This document shows, one piece after another, positions 23,101-32,244 of a stretch of 64,000 nt of DNA (positions within the stretch are counted from its first letter, which is position 1; the number at the start of each line of letters is the position of its first letter). The position numbers were made by a program, and so were the translations under genes. This DNA is from Trueperaceae bacterium (GTDB taxonomy: Bacteria > Deinococcota > Deinococci > Deinococcales > Trueperaceae): NCBI GenBank assembly GCA_034521815.1, contig JAXHLW010000013.1, positions 1,632,001-1,696,000 on the forward strand, given 5' to 3'. The notes beneath the pieces were generated by a model. The model worked only from the letters and a program-made list of their open reading frames with translations, was not told the DNA's origin and ran no database searches.

Positions 23101-23612
23101 TCAACAGCTTCAAGTACCCGCTCTACCTGCTCGCCACGGTGCCGCTGGCGCTGGTGGGCGCGTTCTGGCTGTTCTTCCTGACCGGCAGCGCCCTGGACGT
23201 GATCAGCGTGCTGGGGGTGGTGATCCTGATCGGTCTGGTCACGAAGAACGCCATCCTGCTCCTCGACGTGGTCATCTCCGGGCTCGAGGAGAACGAGACG
23301 CTGGAGCGGGCCCTGGTTCGGGCGGGCCGACTGCGACTGCGGCCCATCCTGATGACGGCGCTCACGGTGGTGATCATCAGCGTGCCGCTGCTTCTGGGGC
23401 TGGGCGAAGGCTCGGAGTTCCGCAAGCCGCTGGGCCTGGTGATCGTCGGCGGCGTGGTGTCGTCGACGTTCCTGACGCTGTTCGTCGTTCCCGCGGCGTT
23501 CTTCCGCTTCGAGCGGCACCGCTTCGCCAGCGAGCCGGTGGCCACGTCCCGCGACCTGCCGGCGGCACGGTCCGCCCCGCCACGCGGCGAGGGCGCTGCG
23601 CCGGGCGATTGA
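20175..23612 (+). CDS. RND efflux permease (AcrB family)
   Basis: GLVVDDSIVIAEN, GLVTKNAILL, RLRPILMTALT. Confidence 0.95.
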   Translation: MNPLIRFFVRRYVFAIAIFLAVAFFGLSAGTRLGIELLPEFDIPIVAVSTTYTGAGSQETAEQLSEPIEDAIATVPGVTDVSSFSGEGFSFVIAQFASSVDVDQAAIDVKQRVDGIVDSLPDDASTPVVQKFDPSDQPILSLAVQGTGLTLDRIEALAEETIEPVLQQVDGVADVAVVGPIAREIQVLVDPAALQSYGLSAGQIASAIGAGSATLPAGSLTVGGERILLSLRDRPESAEDVAEMVVDPVRGLLVRDVARIQDTIAEPSAFTRLNNEPVVLLEVRKVSGANAVSTARALKSRLRGLELPEGVAATVVGDTSVFVESSVIDTVRETGLAILAVALVVLLFVGRLGSTFSVVLAIPITLLGAVAIFGLLGFTFNTVTLLAITVAVGLVVDDSIVIAENVERWRRNGAGAMDAVFKGAGEVSVAVLSATLSLLAVFIPIAFLPGLIGQFFSQFGLSLAATIFVSYLEAMFFLTVRLAYLPDPLPPSWSSVRASATRIRADLRWTVLQYRRRWLAVVGVVLAGAGALDGARGGVLASTLGLEAGALAALALGTLGLAVAAALPWALLVVGVPTRTLAAALGAALRNAHEATDAGVRWLRERYAVALKAILTPRASTIVLVVAVALVASLGWVVPRIQFNFVSQVDAGAVAVTIEMPPGTPLERTDVVSSTIERAVADHPAVENVVASIGSGGLLGTDNAQLATITLELVPLGQRGRSSFEVADDLRPRVAALLADVAPEADATVGSDDGGAVPVETGLELSLQASDLDLLRERDEAARRVMRDSASLRNVASSLEGSVTERVFDLDRTALAGTGLTAAEIGATLRTYNVGTRAGDLEAGGENVGIVVRADPRFIADEQTLLSLPIYAPALQTWLPLSELGRFRVQAGPVAIDRANQAYVSTLTADIVDGAPGQFQVRNDIEEAFAAAGVTDERVTVGTGVGPDLLGDLVFYGPLAFLLAIALNYLVIASQFNSFKYPLYLLATVPLALVGAFWLFFLTGSALDVISVLGVVILIGLVTKNAILLLDVVISGLEENETLERALVRAGRLRLRPILMTALTVVIISVPLLLGLGEGSEFRKPLGLVIVGGVVSSTFLTLFVVPAAFFRFERHRFASEPVATSRDLPAARSAPPRGEGAAPGD

Positions 23613-23753
23613 CGCCGGGGCCGGTCGCCCAGCGACCGACCGTGCGTGACACCGCTCCCCCGGACCGTTACGATCATTGGGAGGAGCGTCCGTGCGACCT
23701 CGCACGGCGGTCGGTCGGACGACCGGGTACCGTTCTTCCGTGGAGGCGGACCG

Positions 23754-25184
23754 TTGAACACCCCCCCGATGATCATCCAAGGCGGCATGGGCGTCGCCGT
23801 ATCCGGCTGGAGACTCGCTCGCGCGGTCTCCGAGCTCGGCCAGCTGGGCGTCGTGTCCGGTACCGGCATCGACACCGTGCTCGTTCGGCGACTGCAGGAC
23901 GGCGACCCGGGCGGGCACGTTCGCCGTGCCATCGAGCGCTTCCCGATGCGGGACGTCGCAGCCAGCCTGCTGGACCGCTACTTCCGCCCGGGCGGGCGCG
24001 AGCCGGGGCAGCCGTACCTGCGCCTGCCGCTCGCGACGGTCGAGGGGAACCGCCTGCAGCGCGGCGCCCTCATGGTCGGCACGTTCGTCGAGACGTTCCT
24101 CGCCAAGGAGGGCCACGACCGACCGGTCGGCATGAACCTGCTGACGAAGATCCAGCTCGCGACCCTCCCCAGCCTCTACGGAGCGATGCTGGCGGGCGTG
24201 GATTGGATCCTGATGGGCGCCGGCATTCCGATGGCCATCCCCGGAGCGTTGGACCGGCTGGCGCGGAACGAGTCGGCCTCGCTACGCATCGACGTCGCCA
24301 ACGCCGAGCGCGGAGATCCGCCCGTCGAGACCGTGTTCGATCCTGCCGAGTTCGGCAGCGAGCAGCCTGCGCCGCTGCGCCGGCCCGGCTTCCTGCCGAT
24401 CGTCGCCTCTCATTCGCTGGCCAGCATGCTGATCAAGCGCGCGTCCGGATCGATCGAGGGGTTCATCATCGAGGGGCCCACCGCCGGGGGGCACAACGCT
24501 CCGCCGCGCGGCGGCAAGACGTTCGACGAGCTCGGCCAGCCGGTGTACGGCGAGCGGGACGTCGTCGACTTGGACAAGCTCCGTGAGCTCGATCGGCCGT
24601 TCTGGCTGGCCGGCGGTACCGGCTCGCCGCAGGGGCTTCGCGACGCTCTGGACCAAGGCGCCACGGGCATCCAGGTCGGCACGCTGTTCGCGTTCTGCGA
24701 CGAGTCGGGCCTGACCGAGGAGATCAAGCGCGACGTACGTGACCAGGTCCGGTCGGGACGGGCGACGGTGAGGACCGACCCACGCGCCTCGCCCACCGGC
24801 TTCCCGTTCAAGGTCGTCTCGCTCGAAGGAACGAACTCGGAGCCGGACCGGTACGAGGACCGAGGGCGGGTGTGCGACCTCGGCTACCTGCGCGAGGTGT
24901 ACCGGACGCCCACGGGCCAGCTGGGCTACCGCTGCGCCTCGGAGCCGGTGGACGCCTACCTCGCCAAGGGCGGCGAGGTCGAGGACACCGTCGGCCGGAA
25001 ATGCCTGTGCAACGCGCTGCTCGCGGACGTCGGCCGGGCGCAGGTCCAGAAGGGCGGCGAGGTCGAGCGTCCCCTGGTCACCAGCGGCGACGACCTCACC
25101 AACCTCGGGCGGTTCCTGCCGTCGATCTCCGAAGGCGAGAGCTACACCGCAGCCGACGTGGTGCGCTACCTGCTCGGACGCTGA
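23754..25184 (+). CDS. Nitronate monooxygenase family flavoprotein with Cys-rich C-terminus
   Basis: IIQGGMGVAVS, EGPTAGGHN, WLAGG, GIQVGTLF; GGAGG before TTG 23754. Confidence 0.85.
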   Translation: MNTPPMIIQGGMGVAVSGWRLARAVSELGQLGVVSGTGIDTVLVRRLQDGDPGGHVRRAIERFPMRDVAASLLDRYFRPGGREPGQPYLRLPLATVEGNRLQRGALMVGTFVETFLAKEGHDRPVGMNLLTKIQLATLPSLYGAMLAGVDWILMGAGIPMAIPGALDRLARNESASLRIDVANAERGDPPVETVFDPAEFGSEQPAPLRRPGFLPIVASHSLASMLIKRASGSIEGFIIEGPTAGGHNAPPRGGKTFDELGQPVYGERDVVDLDKLRELDRPFWLAGGTGSPQGLRDALDQGATGIQVGTLFAFCDESGLTEEIKRDVRDQVRSGRATVRTDPRASPTGFPFKVVSLEGTNSEPDRYEDRGRVCDLGYLREVYRTPTGQLGYRCASEPVDAYLAKGGEVEDTVGRKCLCNALLADVGRAQVQKGGEVERPLVTSGDDLTNLGRFLPSISEGESYTAADVVRYLLGR

Positions 25185-25189
25185 GCCAC

Positions 25190-25228
25190 GGGCGGGCCGC
25201 CACGTCGACCCGGCACGTCGGCCCGCCC
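25190..25228. terminator. GC-rich hairpin after nitronate monooxygenase
   Basis: GGGCGGGCCG...CGGCCCGCCC 10-bp arms; no U-tract. Confidence 0.4.
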
Positions 25229-25401
25229 GGATGCACGAAACGCCGCACCGCCGCGTGAAAACCGCGTGATACCATCGCGCCGTCGGTTCGCAGCCGGTCC
25301 TCGGACCGCTCTTCGCGCCCGCCGGCGCCGTTCGTCTCGCGCCCGGTCGTGGAGGGCGGCCGCCTGCCGGTGGGCGGCCCCATCCCCGCCTTGGAGGTGC
25401 C

Positions 25402-27480
25402 ATGGAGTTTCTCGTCATTCTCGTCCCGATCGCCGCGATCGTCGCGCTGTTCGCTGCTTGGCAGCAGGCCAACGGCGTTCTGTCCGCCCCCACCGGCGAC
25501 GCCCGCATGAACGAGATCGCGGACGCCATTCGGCAGGGCGCCAGCGCCTATATGAACCGTCAGTACCGCACGATCTTCGTCGTCGCGCTGATCATCGCCG
25601 CCCTGTTCGCGCTGGTGGCGTACTTTCAGACCGCCCCGCACCAGGCGACGACCTGGTGGTGGACCACGGTCGGCTTCGTCGTGGGTGCGGTCTTCAGCGC
25701 CCTCAGCGGCTACGCCGGCATGAACTTCGCGGTGCGCGCCAACGTCCGGGTCGCTCAAGCCGCGCGTGAGGGGATCCCCGGCGCCCTCAAGATCGCTTTC
25801 GGCGGCGGCGCCGTGTCCGGCCTGGCCGTGGCGGGCCTCGCCCTGCTGGGCGTGTCCGGCTTCTTCGTGCTCTTCGACCTGGTGCTGGGCTTGGCGAACC
25901 CGATCGAGCCGCTGGTGGGCTTCGCGTTCGGCGCCTCGCTGATCAGCCTGTTCGCGCGGGTCGGCGGCGGCATCTACACGAAGGCGGCCGACGTGGGAGC
26001 GGACCTGGTCGGCAAGCTCGAGGCCGGCATCCCCGAGGACGACCCCCGCAACCCGGCCGTGATCGCCGACAACGTCGGCGACAACGTCGGCGACTGCGCC
26101 GGCATGGGCGCGGACCTGTTCGAGACGTACGCCGTGACCGCCATCGGCGCGGTCTTCCTCGGCTACCTCCTGCCGGGAGGGATCGTCTCGGCCCTGGTGA
26201 CGTACCCGCTGGTGCTGGGCGCGATCGCGATCCTGGCGTCCGTCGTCGGGGTGCGTTTCGTCAAGCTGGGCAGCGACGGAAACATCATGGGCGCGCTGAA
26301 CCGCGGCGTGTACACCAGCGCCGCCATCTCGGCGGTCGGCTTCCTGATCGCCTCCGCGCTGATGCTGCAGAATGCGAACGAGCTCCTGGGCACGGGATCG
26401 TGGTTCTCGCTGTTCCTGGCGTCGATGGTCGGCATCGTCGTGACGCTGCTGCTGATGTTCATCACCGAGTACTACACCTCGACCGAGTACGCGCCGGTCC
26501 GGCGCATCGCCAAGGCGTCCGAGACGGGCGCCGCCACGAACATCATCAGCGGCCTGGCGGTCGGCATGCAGTCCACGGCCGCTCCGGTCCTGGTGCTGGC
26601 GTTGGCGACCTTCGGGTCGTTCCTGCTGGGCGGGCTCTACGGGATCGCGGTCGCTGCGGTCGCGATGCTGTCGGTGACCGGGATGGTCGTCGCGATGGAC
26701 ACCTACGGGCCGATCACCGACAACGCCGGCGGGATCGCCGAGATGAGCGAGCTCCCGCACGAGGTCCGCGTCAACACCGACGCCCTGGACGCGGTCGGCA
26801 ACACCACCAAGGCGGTGACGAAGGGGTACGCCGTCGGTTCCGCGGCGCTGGCCGCGCTGGTGCTGTTCGCGGACTACGCCGAGCGGCTGGACCTGGGCGA
26901 GGCGGCGTTCCGGCTGAACGACCCCCTGGTCGTCGTCGGCCTGCTGTTCGGCGCGATGCTGCCGTTCCTGTTCAGCGCGTTCCTGATGGAGTCGGTCGGC
27001 AAGGCCGCCGGCGCGGTGATCGAGGAGGTGCGCCGGCAGTTCCGCGACGTGCCCGGCATCATGGACGGCACCGGCAAGCCCGAGTACGGCAAGGCGGTGG
27101 ACATCGTCACGACCGCCGCCCTGAAGGAGATGGCGGTTCCGGGCCTGATGGCGGTCGTCGCGCCCCTGATCGTCGGCTTCCTGTTCGGCCCGATCGCGCT
27201 CGGAGGACTGCTGATCGGCGTCACCGTCTCGGGTCTGATGATGGCGCTGATGATGTCGAACGGCGGCGGCGCTTGGGACAACGCCAAGAAGTACGTCGAG
27301 GACGGCCACCACGGCGGGCCCGGCTCCGAGGCGCACGCCGCGAGCGTGGTGGGCGACACCGTCGGTGATCCGTACAAGGACACGGCGGGCCCGTCGATCA
27401 ACCCGCTGATCAAGGTGATCAACACCGTGGCGCTCATCTTCGCGGGCCTGATCGCCAGCGTGGGCGGCATCCTGCTCTGA
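25402..27480 (+). CDS. hppA: Membrane-bound pyrophosphatase, K+-independent H+-PPase type
   Basis: [46 protein letters not shown]. Confidence 0.95.
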   Translation: MEFLVILVPIAAIVALFAAWQQANGVLSAPTGDARMNEIADAIRQGASAYMNRQYRTIFVVALIIAALFALVAYFQTAPHQATTWWWTTVGFVVGAVFSALSGYAGMNFAVRANVRVAQAAREGIPGALKIAFGGGAVSGLAVAGLALLGVSGFFVLFDLVLGLANPIEPLVGFAFGASLISLFARVGGGIYTKAADVGADLVGKLEAGIPEDDPRNPAVIADNVGDNVGDCAGMGADLFETYAVTAIGAVFLGYLLPGGIVSALVTYPLVLGAIAILASVVGVRFVKLGSDGNIMGALNRGVYTSAAISAVGFLIASALMLQNANELLGTGSWFSLFLASMVGIVVTLLLMFITEYYTSTEYAPVRRIAKASETGAATNIISGLAVGMQSTAAPVLVLALATFGSFLLGGLYGIAVAAVAMLSVTGMVVAMDTYGPITDNAGGIAEMSELPHEVRVNTDALDAVGNTTKAVTKGYAVGSAALAALVLFADYAERLDLGEAAFRLNDPLVVVGLLFGAMLPFLFSAFLMESVGKAAGAVIEEVRRQFRDVPGIMDGTGKPEYGKAVDIVTTAALKEMAVPGLMAVVAPLIVGFLFGPIALGGLLIGVTVSGLMMALMMSNGGGAWDNAKKYVEDGHHGGPGSEAHAASVVGDTVGDPYKDTAGPSINPLIKVINTVALIFAGLIASVGGILL

Positions 27481-27501
27481 GGCGCGGGGCCCTCACGACA
27501 G

Positions 27502-27541
27502 AGCGATGCGCGCGACCGGAGGTTCGGTCGCGCGCATCGCT
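27502..27541. terminator. Perfect 17-bp hairpin downstream of hppA
   Basis: AGCGATGCGCGCGACCG-GAGGTT-CGGTCGCGCGCATCGCT. Confidence 0.65.
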
Positions 27542-27678
27542 GTCGTCGTTCTCGTCATCGGCCGTTCTCGTCATCGCTGGCCTCGTCCGGCCCCAACTAT
27601 CCATTATACGACGTTTCGCGCCGATGTCATGAAGCGCATTTCGCGGCGCGCGCAGGTCGCTCGGTCGTAGCATCACAG

Positions 27679-27842
27679 GCGAAAGGGAAAGGAGGCACTT
27701 ATAGACGACGAGATGAACCGATCCTTCAACGGAGTCCCTCGATCCCACTAAAGGCTCACCCGCTCATCCCGAACGGCCCGAACAGGGCGACCGAAGACGG
27801 AGGCGACCGAGCGACAAGAGGAGAATCGAGGGACTTCCGTAT
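27679..27842 (+). ncRNA. Putative structured small RNA, copy 1 (family unknown)
   Basis: TAGCAT -10 at 27668-73; stem 27729-43 pairs with 27825-40. Confidence 0.5.
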
Positions 27843-27879
27843 GCGCCCGGCGGGCATCCGTCCGAGGCGCGCGCTCGTT

Positions 27880-27930
27880 TTTGGGGACGCGTGCATCTTT
27901 GGGGCGCGTGCATCTTTGGGCGTGTGCATC
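27880..27930. repeat. 3x TTTGGG(G)(A)CG(C/T)GTGCATC tandem repeat between the cassettes
   Basis: Direct reading of the sequence. Confidence 0.85.
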
Positions 27931-28038
27931 GATGCCGGGGCCTTCGCCAGCCCCAATTTGTAATCATACGCCCATCCGGCCCAAAAGGCTGAATCACATC
28001 TCACCGCGCGCCCAGATCGGTGGGGCGTAGCATCACAG

Positions 28039-28199
28039 GTGAAGGGAGGTTCGCCAATCGAAGAACCGACGAACCAGTCCTTGAACGAAGTTCCTCGATC
28101 CTAGTAGAGGCTCACCCGCTCATCCTGAACGGCCCGAACCGGGCGACCGAAGACGGAGGCGACCGAGCAGGAACAGGAGATCGAGGGGCTTCGTTCGTA
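28039..28199 (+). ncRNA. Putative structured small RNA, copy 2 (family unknown)
   Basis: TAGCAT -10 at 28028-33; 18-bp stem 28083-28100 with 28179-96 including two U-G pairs. Confidence 0.5.
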
Positions 28200-28268
28200 C
28201 CCTGATCCCAACGCACGTCGATCTGCACCTTCCACCCCCGCCGACGCGGGGGCGTCGTAGTCTGGCGT

Positions 28269-29123
28269 ATGCAGCTCCGTTCGCTGGCCGGCTGGACCGA
28301 ATCGTGGTTCGTCGAGGAGGTGCGCGACCTCGGCGACGCCGTCGCGTTGCGCTGCCCGACCGAGCCGACCTTTCGTTGGGGCAACGTGCTGATGATTCCG
28401 GACGCCCCCGAGCCCGGTGACCGCGCGTGCCTCGAGGCGCGCTTCGCCGAGGTGTTCGACGACCTGCCGGAGGTGCGGCACGTCACGGTCGGCTGGGACG
28501 ATCCGGAGGGGCGTGAAGGCGACGTCGCCGAGTGGCAAGCCGCGGGCTACGAGATCGACCGAAACGTGACGCGCGTCGCGGAGGCGGCCGATCTGCACGC
28601 CCCCGCGGGGCGCCCCGCCGGTTTCGCCGTCCGTGCCGCCCGCGACGACGACGACTGGCGTCAGGTCGTCGCGCTGCAGGCGTCCGACCCCGGCGACGAG
28701 GAGCCGACGTCCTACCGCGCGTTAATCCTTGGACGTGCCGCGTTTCGCAGACGCCTGGCGGAAGGAGTGCGACCCGATCTGCACGGGGCGTGGTTCCTCG
28801 CGACCCTCCACGGCGTGCCGGTGGGCAGCATGGGCCTGTTCGTCCACCAGCGCGTCGGTCGGTTCCAGTTCGTGCACGTGGCGCCGGAGCACCGCCGAAA
28901 AGGCGTCGCGACGGCCATGGTCCACGCCGTCGCGCGCGAAGGGCTAGGGCGCATGGGGGCGGAGCGCCTGGTGATCGTGGGGGACGAGGGAACGTCCGCC
29001 GACGGCATCTACGCCGCCCTGGGCTTCCGCGCCGTCGAGCGCCTCGTCGGCGCCTGCCGCAAGGAGCCGGTCGGCGCGGAGCGGCAAAGCGTGGCGCCGG
29101 GGATCACGTCCAAGACAGGATGA
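28269..29123 (+). CDS. GNAT family N-acetyltransferase
   Basis: [21 protein letters not shown]; leaderless TAGTCT-5nt-ATG. Confidence 0.88.
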   Translation: MQLRSLAGWTESWFVEEVRDLGDAVALRCPTEPTFRWGNVLMIPDAPEPGDRACLEARFAEVFDDLPEVRHVTVGWDDPEGREGDVAEWQAAGYEIDRNVTRVAEAADLHAPAGRPAGFAVRAARDDDDWRQVVALQASDPGDEEPTSYRALILGRAAFRRRLAEGVRPDLHGAWFLATLHGVPVGSMGLFVHQRVGRFQFVHVAPEHRRKGVATAMVHAVAREGLGRMGAERLVIVGDEGTSADGIYAALGFRAVERLVGACRKEPVGAERQSVAPGITSKTG

Positions 29124-30138
29124 CCTTGCCAGCCTCTCCGGAGCGCATCGCATCGAACCCCGCCTGGAAGTCGTCCACGTCGAACCGGTGGGTGATCACC
29201 GGATCCAGGTCCAGGCCGGCCTGCAGAAGGTTGCCCATCTTGTACCAGGTCTCGAACATCTCGCGACCGTAGATCCCGCGCACGTGGAGCCCCTTGAAGA
29301 TCAGCTGATTCATGTCGATCGGCACGCGCCGGGACGGGATGCCCAGCAGCGCGATCCGTCCCCCGTGGTTCACCGTGTCCAGGATCTGCACGTACGCGCC
29401 CGGGGCGCCCGACATCTCGAGCACCACGTCGAACCCCTCGGTCATGCCCAGCCCGGCCATCACCTGGCGCAGGTCGGCGTCGTCTCGCGACACGTCCACG
29501 ACCCGGTCGGCCGCGCCCATCGCCTCCGCCAGACGCAGGCGGTGCGGGTTCACGTCGGTGATGACCACGTAGCGCGCGCCGACGAAACGAGCGACGGCCG
29601 AGGCCATCACGCCGATCGGACCCGCGCCCGTGATCAGCACGTCCTCGCCCACCAGATCGAACGCCAGTGCGGTATGGACCGCGTTCCCGAACGGATCGAG
29701 GATCGCCGCCCACTCGTCGGGAATCCCGTCCGGCACCTTGTACGCGTTGCCCGCCGGCAGCACGAAGCGCTCCGCGAACGCGCCGGGGCGGTTCACGCCG
29801 ACCCCCAGCGTGTTGCGGCACAGGTGCCTGCGCCCGGCCCTGCAGTTGCGGCAATGGCCGCACGTCAGGTGCCCCTCGCCGCTGACGCGGTCGCCGACGG
29901 CGTAGCCTTCGACCTCCGACCCGACGGCCTGCACGACCCCGACGTACTCGTGCCCGGTGATCATCGGGACCGGCACGGTCCGCGCCGCCCAGTCGTCCCA
30001 GGAATAGATGTGCACGTCCGTGCCGCAGATCGACGTGTGCGTGATCCCGATCAGCAGGTCGTTGGGGCCCGGCGTCGGCTCGGGCGCGTCGATCATCGAG
30101 ATGCCCGGTCCCGGCTCGAGCTTCGCGAGCGCCTTCAC
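29104..30138 (-). CDS. tdh: L-threonine 3-dehydrogenase
   Basis: [46 protein letters not shown]. Confidence 0.97.
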   Translation of the reverse strand: MKALAKLEPGPGISMIDAPEPTPGPNDLLIGITHTSICGTDVHIYSWDDWAARTVPVPMITGHEYVGVVQAVGSEVEGYAVGDRVSGEGHLTCGHCRNCRAGRRHLCRNTLGVGVNRPGAFAERFVLPAGNAYKVPDGIPDEWAAILDPFGNAVHTALAFDLVGEDVLITGAGPIGVMASAVARFVGARYVVITDVNPHRLRLAEAMGAADRVVDVSRDDADLRQVMAGLGMTEGFDVVLEMSGAPGAYVQILDTVNHGGRIALLGIPSRRVPIDMNQLIFKGLHVRGIYGREMFETWYKMGNLLQAGLDLDPVITHRFDVDDFQAGFDAMRSGEAGKVILSWT

Positions 30139-31328
30139 GACGGGATCACCCCCAGCTCGGTGCCCACGCGGGTGAACGCCAGCACCGCCTGCTCGAGCTG
30201 CTCGCGGGTGTGCAACGCCGACAGCTGGGTACGGATGCGGGCCTGACCGCTCGGCACGACCGGGTACGAGAACGCGATCACGTAGATCCCCTCGTCCAGC
30301 AGGCGATCGGCCATGCGCGAGGCCAGCGCGGCGTCCCCGACCATGACCGGCACGATCGGATGGCCGTCACCGGCCAGCTCGAAGCCCGCCTCCGTCATCG
30401 CGGTGCGGAAGAACGAGGCGTTGTCGCGCAGCCGCTCGCGAAGATCGCCGGAGGCCTCGAGCAGGTCGAGCACCTCGAGCGATGCCGCCACGACCGGCGG
30501 CGCGACGCTGTTCGAGAACAGGTACGGGCGGCTTCGCTGGCGAAGCCAGTCGGTCACCTCGCGCTTCGCGGCGGTGAACCCGCCCGTCGCGCCTCCCAGC
30601 GCCTTGCCCAGCGTGCTGGTGATGATGTCCACCCGGCCCAGCACGCCGCGGTGCTCGTGGCTGCCACGTCCGTTCCGTCCCATGAACCCGGTGGCGTGAC
30701 AGTCGTCCACCATCACCATCGCGTCGTAGCGGTCGGCCAGGTCGCAGATCGCCTCCAGGTCGGCGACGATGCCGTCCATCGAGAACACCCCGTCGGTGGC
30801 GATCAGCCGGAAGCGGGCGTCCTGGGCCTCGATGAGCTTGGCCTCGAGGTCGGCCATGTCGTCGTTCGCGTAGCGGAACCGCTCCGCCTTGCAGAGCCGG
30901 ATCCCATCGATGATGCTGGCGTGGTTCAGCGCGTCGCTGATCACGGCGTCCTCGGGACCCAGCAACGTCTCGAACAGTCCTCCGTTGGCGTCGAACGCGG
31001 AGGCGTACAGCACCGCGTCCTCGCTGCCGACGAACTCGGCCAGGCGGGCCTCGAGCTCCTTGTGAATGTCCTGGGTACCGCAGATGAAGCGGACCGACGC
31101 CATGCCGAAGCCGCGATCGTCGATCCCCCGCTTGGCGGCCTCCATGATCGCTTCGTGGTTCGCGAGTCCGAGGTAGTTGTTCGCGCACAGGTTCAACACC
31201 TCGCCGCCACCCTCCACGTCGATCAGGTCCTGCTGGTGCGACGCGATGACGCGCTCTTCCTTGTACAGCCCTTGGCTCCTAAGCGTCTGCAGCTCGCGGG
31301 CGAGGTGGGCGATCAGATCTCGGGACAT
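30135..31328 (-). CDS. kbl: Glycine C-acetyltransferase (2-amino-3-ketobutyrate CoA ligase)
   Basis: [37 protein letters not shown]; operon with tdh. Confidence 0.97.
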   Translation of the reverse strand: MSRDLIAHLARELQTLRSQGLYKEERVIASHQQDLIDVEGGGEVLNLCANNYLGLANHEAIMEAAKRGIDDRGFGMASVRFICGTQDIHKELEARLAEFVGSEDAVLYASAFDANGGLFETLLGPEDAVISDALNHASIIDGIRLCKAERFRYANDDMADLEAKLIEAQDARFRLIATDGVFSMDGIVADLEAICDLADRYDAMVMVDDCHATGFMGRNGRGSHEHRGVLGRVDIITSTLGKALGGATGGFTAAKREVTDWLRQRSRPYLFSNSVAPPVVAASLEVLDLLEASGDLRERLRDNASFFRTAMTEAGFELAGDGHPIVPVMVGDAALASRMADRLLDEGIYVIAFSYPVVPSGQARIRTQLSALHTREQLEQAVLAFTRVGTELGVIPS

Positions 31329-31446
31329 GCGCAGTCCTTTCCGAACGGGGGCTCGTACGTCAGGCTACCGCCGCTACGACGTTCGTGCACCCGGGCGTGG
31401 ACGCGGGCCTGGACCCGGGCCTGGACCCTGCCGTGTACGCTGGCGC

Positions 31447-32214
31447 ATGCGAAGAAACCCGGTCAAACGCGCGCTGGACGAGGGACGCCCCGTGGTGAGC
31501 GGCTGGCTGACCGTCGGCCACCCGCTTCTCGCCGAAGGGCTGGCTCACGCCGGCTACGACGCCGTCACGGTCGACGCTCAGCACGGCGCGGTCGACGATG
31601 CCGAGCTGCTCGGCGTGCTGCAGGCGATCTCGACGACGGACGCGGTTCCCCTGGTGCGGGTCGCCTGGAACGAGCCTGCGCGCATCATGAAGGCCCTGGA
31701 CCTGGGCGCGTACGGCGTGATCGCACCGATGATCGAGGGGCCCGACGACGTCGAAGCGCTGATCGCGGCCTGCCGCTACCCGCCGCTTGGCCGCCGAAGC
31801 CACGGTCCGACACGCGCGGCGTTCTACGCCGGAGCGGACTATCCGCAGCACGCGAACGACGAGATCCTGGCCGTCGCGATGATCGAGACGCGCGAGGCGC
31901 TCGCGTCGCTGGACGCGATCCTGGAGGTCCCCGGACTGGACATGGTGTTCGTCGGCCCCGCCGACCTGTCGCGGGCCTTGGGCGGACCTCCCGGTGCGGA
32001 CTTCGGCGACGGGCCCGTGCCGACGGCGTTGGACAGGATCGTGGAGCGCTGCGCCGCTCACGGCGTGCCAGCAGGCGTGTTCTGTCGCTCGGCCCGCCAT
32101 GCGCGCACGATGCTGGAGCGCGGCTTCCGCTTCGTCACGGCGGACAGCGATATGGGCTACGTGAAGGCGGGCGCGGCTGCGGCGCTGGCGACGGTGCGTG
32201 GGGAGGACGGCTGA
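31447..32214 (+). CDS. HpcH/HpaI aldolase family protein
   Basis: VDAQHG, KALDLGAYGVIAPMI, RYPPLGRRS, MIETREAL, FVGPADL; leaderless TACGCT-5nt-ATG. Confidence 0.9.
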   Translation: MRRNPVKRALDEGRPVVSGWLTVGHPLLAEGLAHAGYDAVTVDAQHGAVDDAELLGVLQAISTTDAVPLVRVAWNEPARIMKALDLGAYGVIAPMIEGPDDVEALIAACRYPPLGRRSHGPTRAAFYAGADYPQHANDEILAVAMIETREALASLDAILEVPGLDMVFVGPADLSRALGGPPGADFGDGPVPTALDRIVERCAAHGVPAGVFCRSARHARTMLERGFRFVTADSDMGYVKAGAAAALATVRGEDG

Positions 32215-32244
32215 CCGCAAGGCCTACGGCAGCTTCGCTGCGCG

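Larger units (their letters stand above)
27590..28199. repeat. Two diverged copies (27590-27842, 27950-28199) of a non-coding cassette, period 360 bp
   Basis: Shared GCCCCAA, ATACG, TGAA and CGTAGCATCACAGG at an identical offset; 61-nt core with 59/61 identity. Confidence 0.9.

Noticed and set aside
21639-27336. Long antisense or alternate-frame ORFs (e.g. 21698-24586, 21639-24116, 25096-27336; also 40983-43412)
   Set aside because: Shadow ORFs expected at very high GC opposite or within well-supported genes; no motifs.
27602-27616. loxP/dif-like arm CATTATACGACGTTT
   Set aside because: No matching second arm and not conserved in copy 2; better explained as a minus-strand TATAAT.
27590-28199. 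CRISPR array, tandem glycine riboswitch, tmRNA, SRP, integron attC or retron ncRNA
   Set aside because: Only two long units and no cas, reverse transcriptase or integrase in the window. Diagnostic motifs (CUCUCAGG, tRNA-like 3' end, GGAA SRP loop, RYYYAAC/GTTRRRY in both copies) are missing, and the downstream GNAT has its own promoter.
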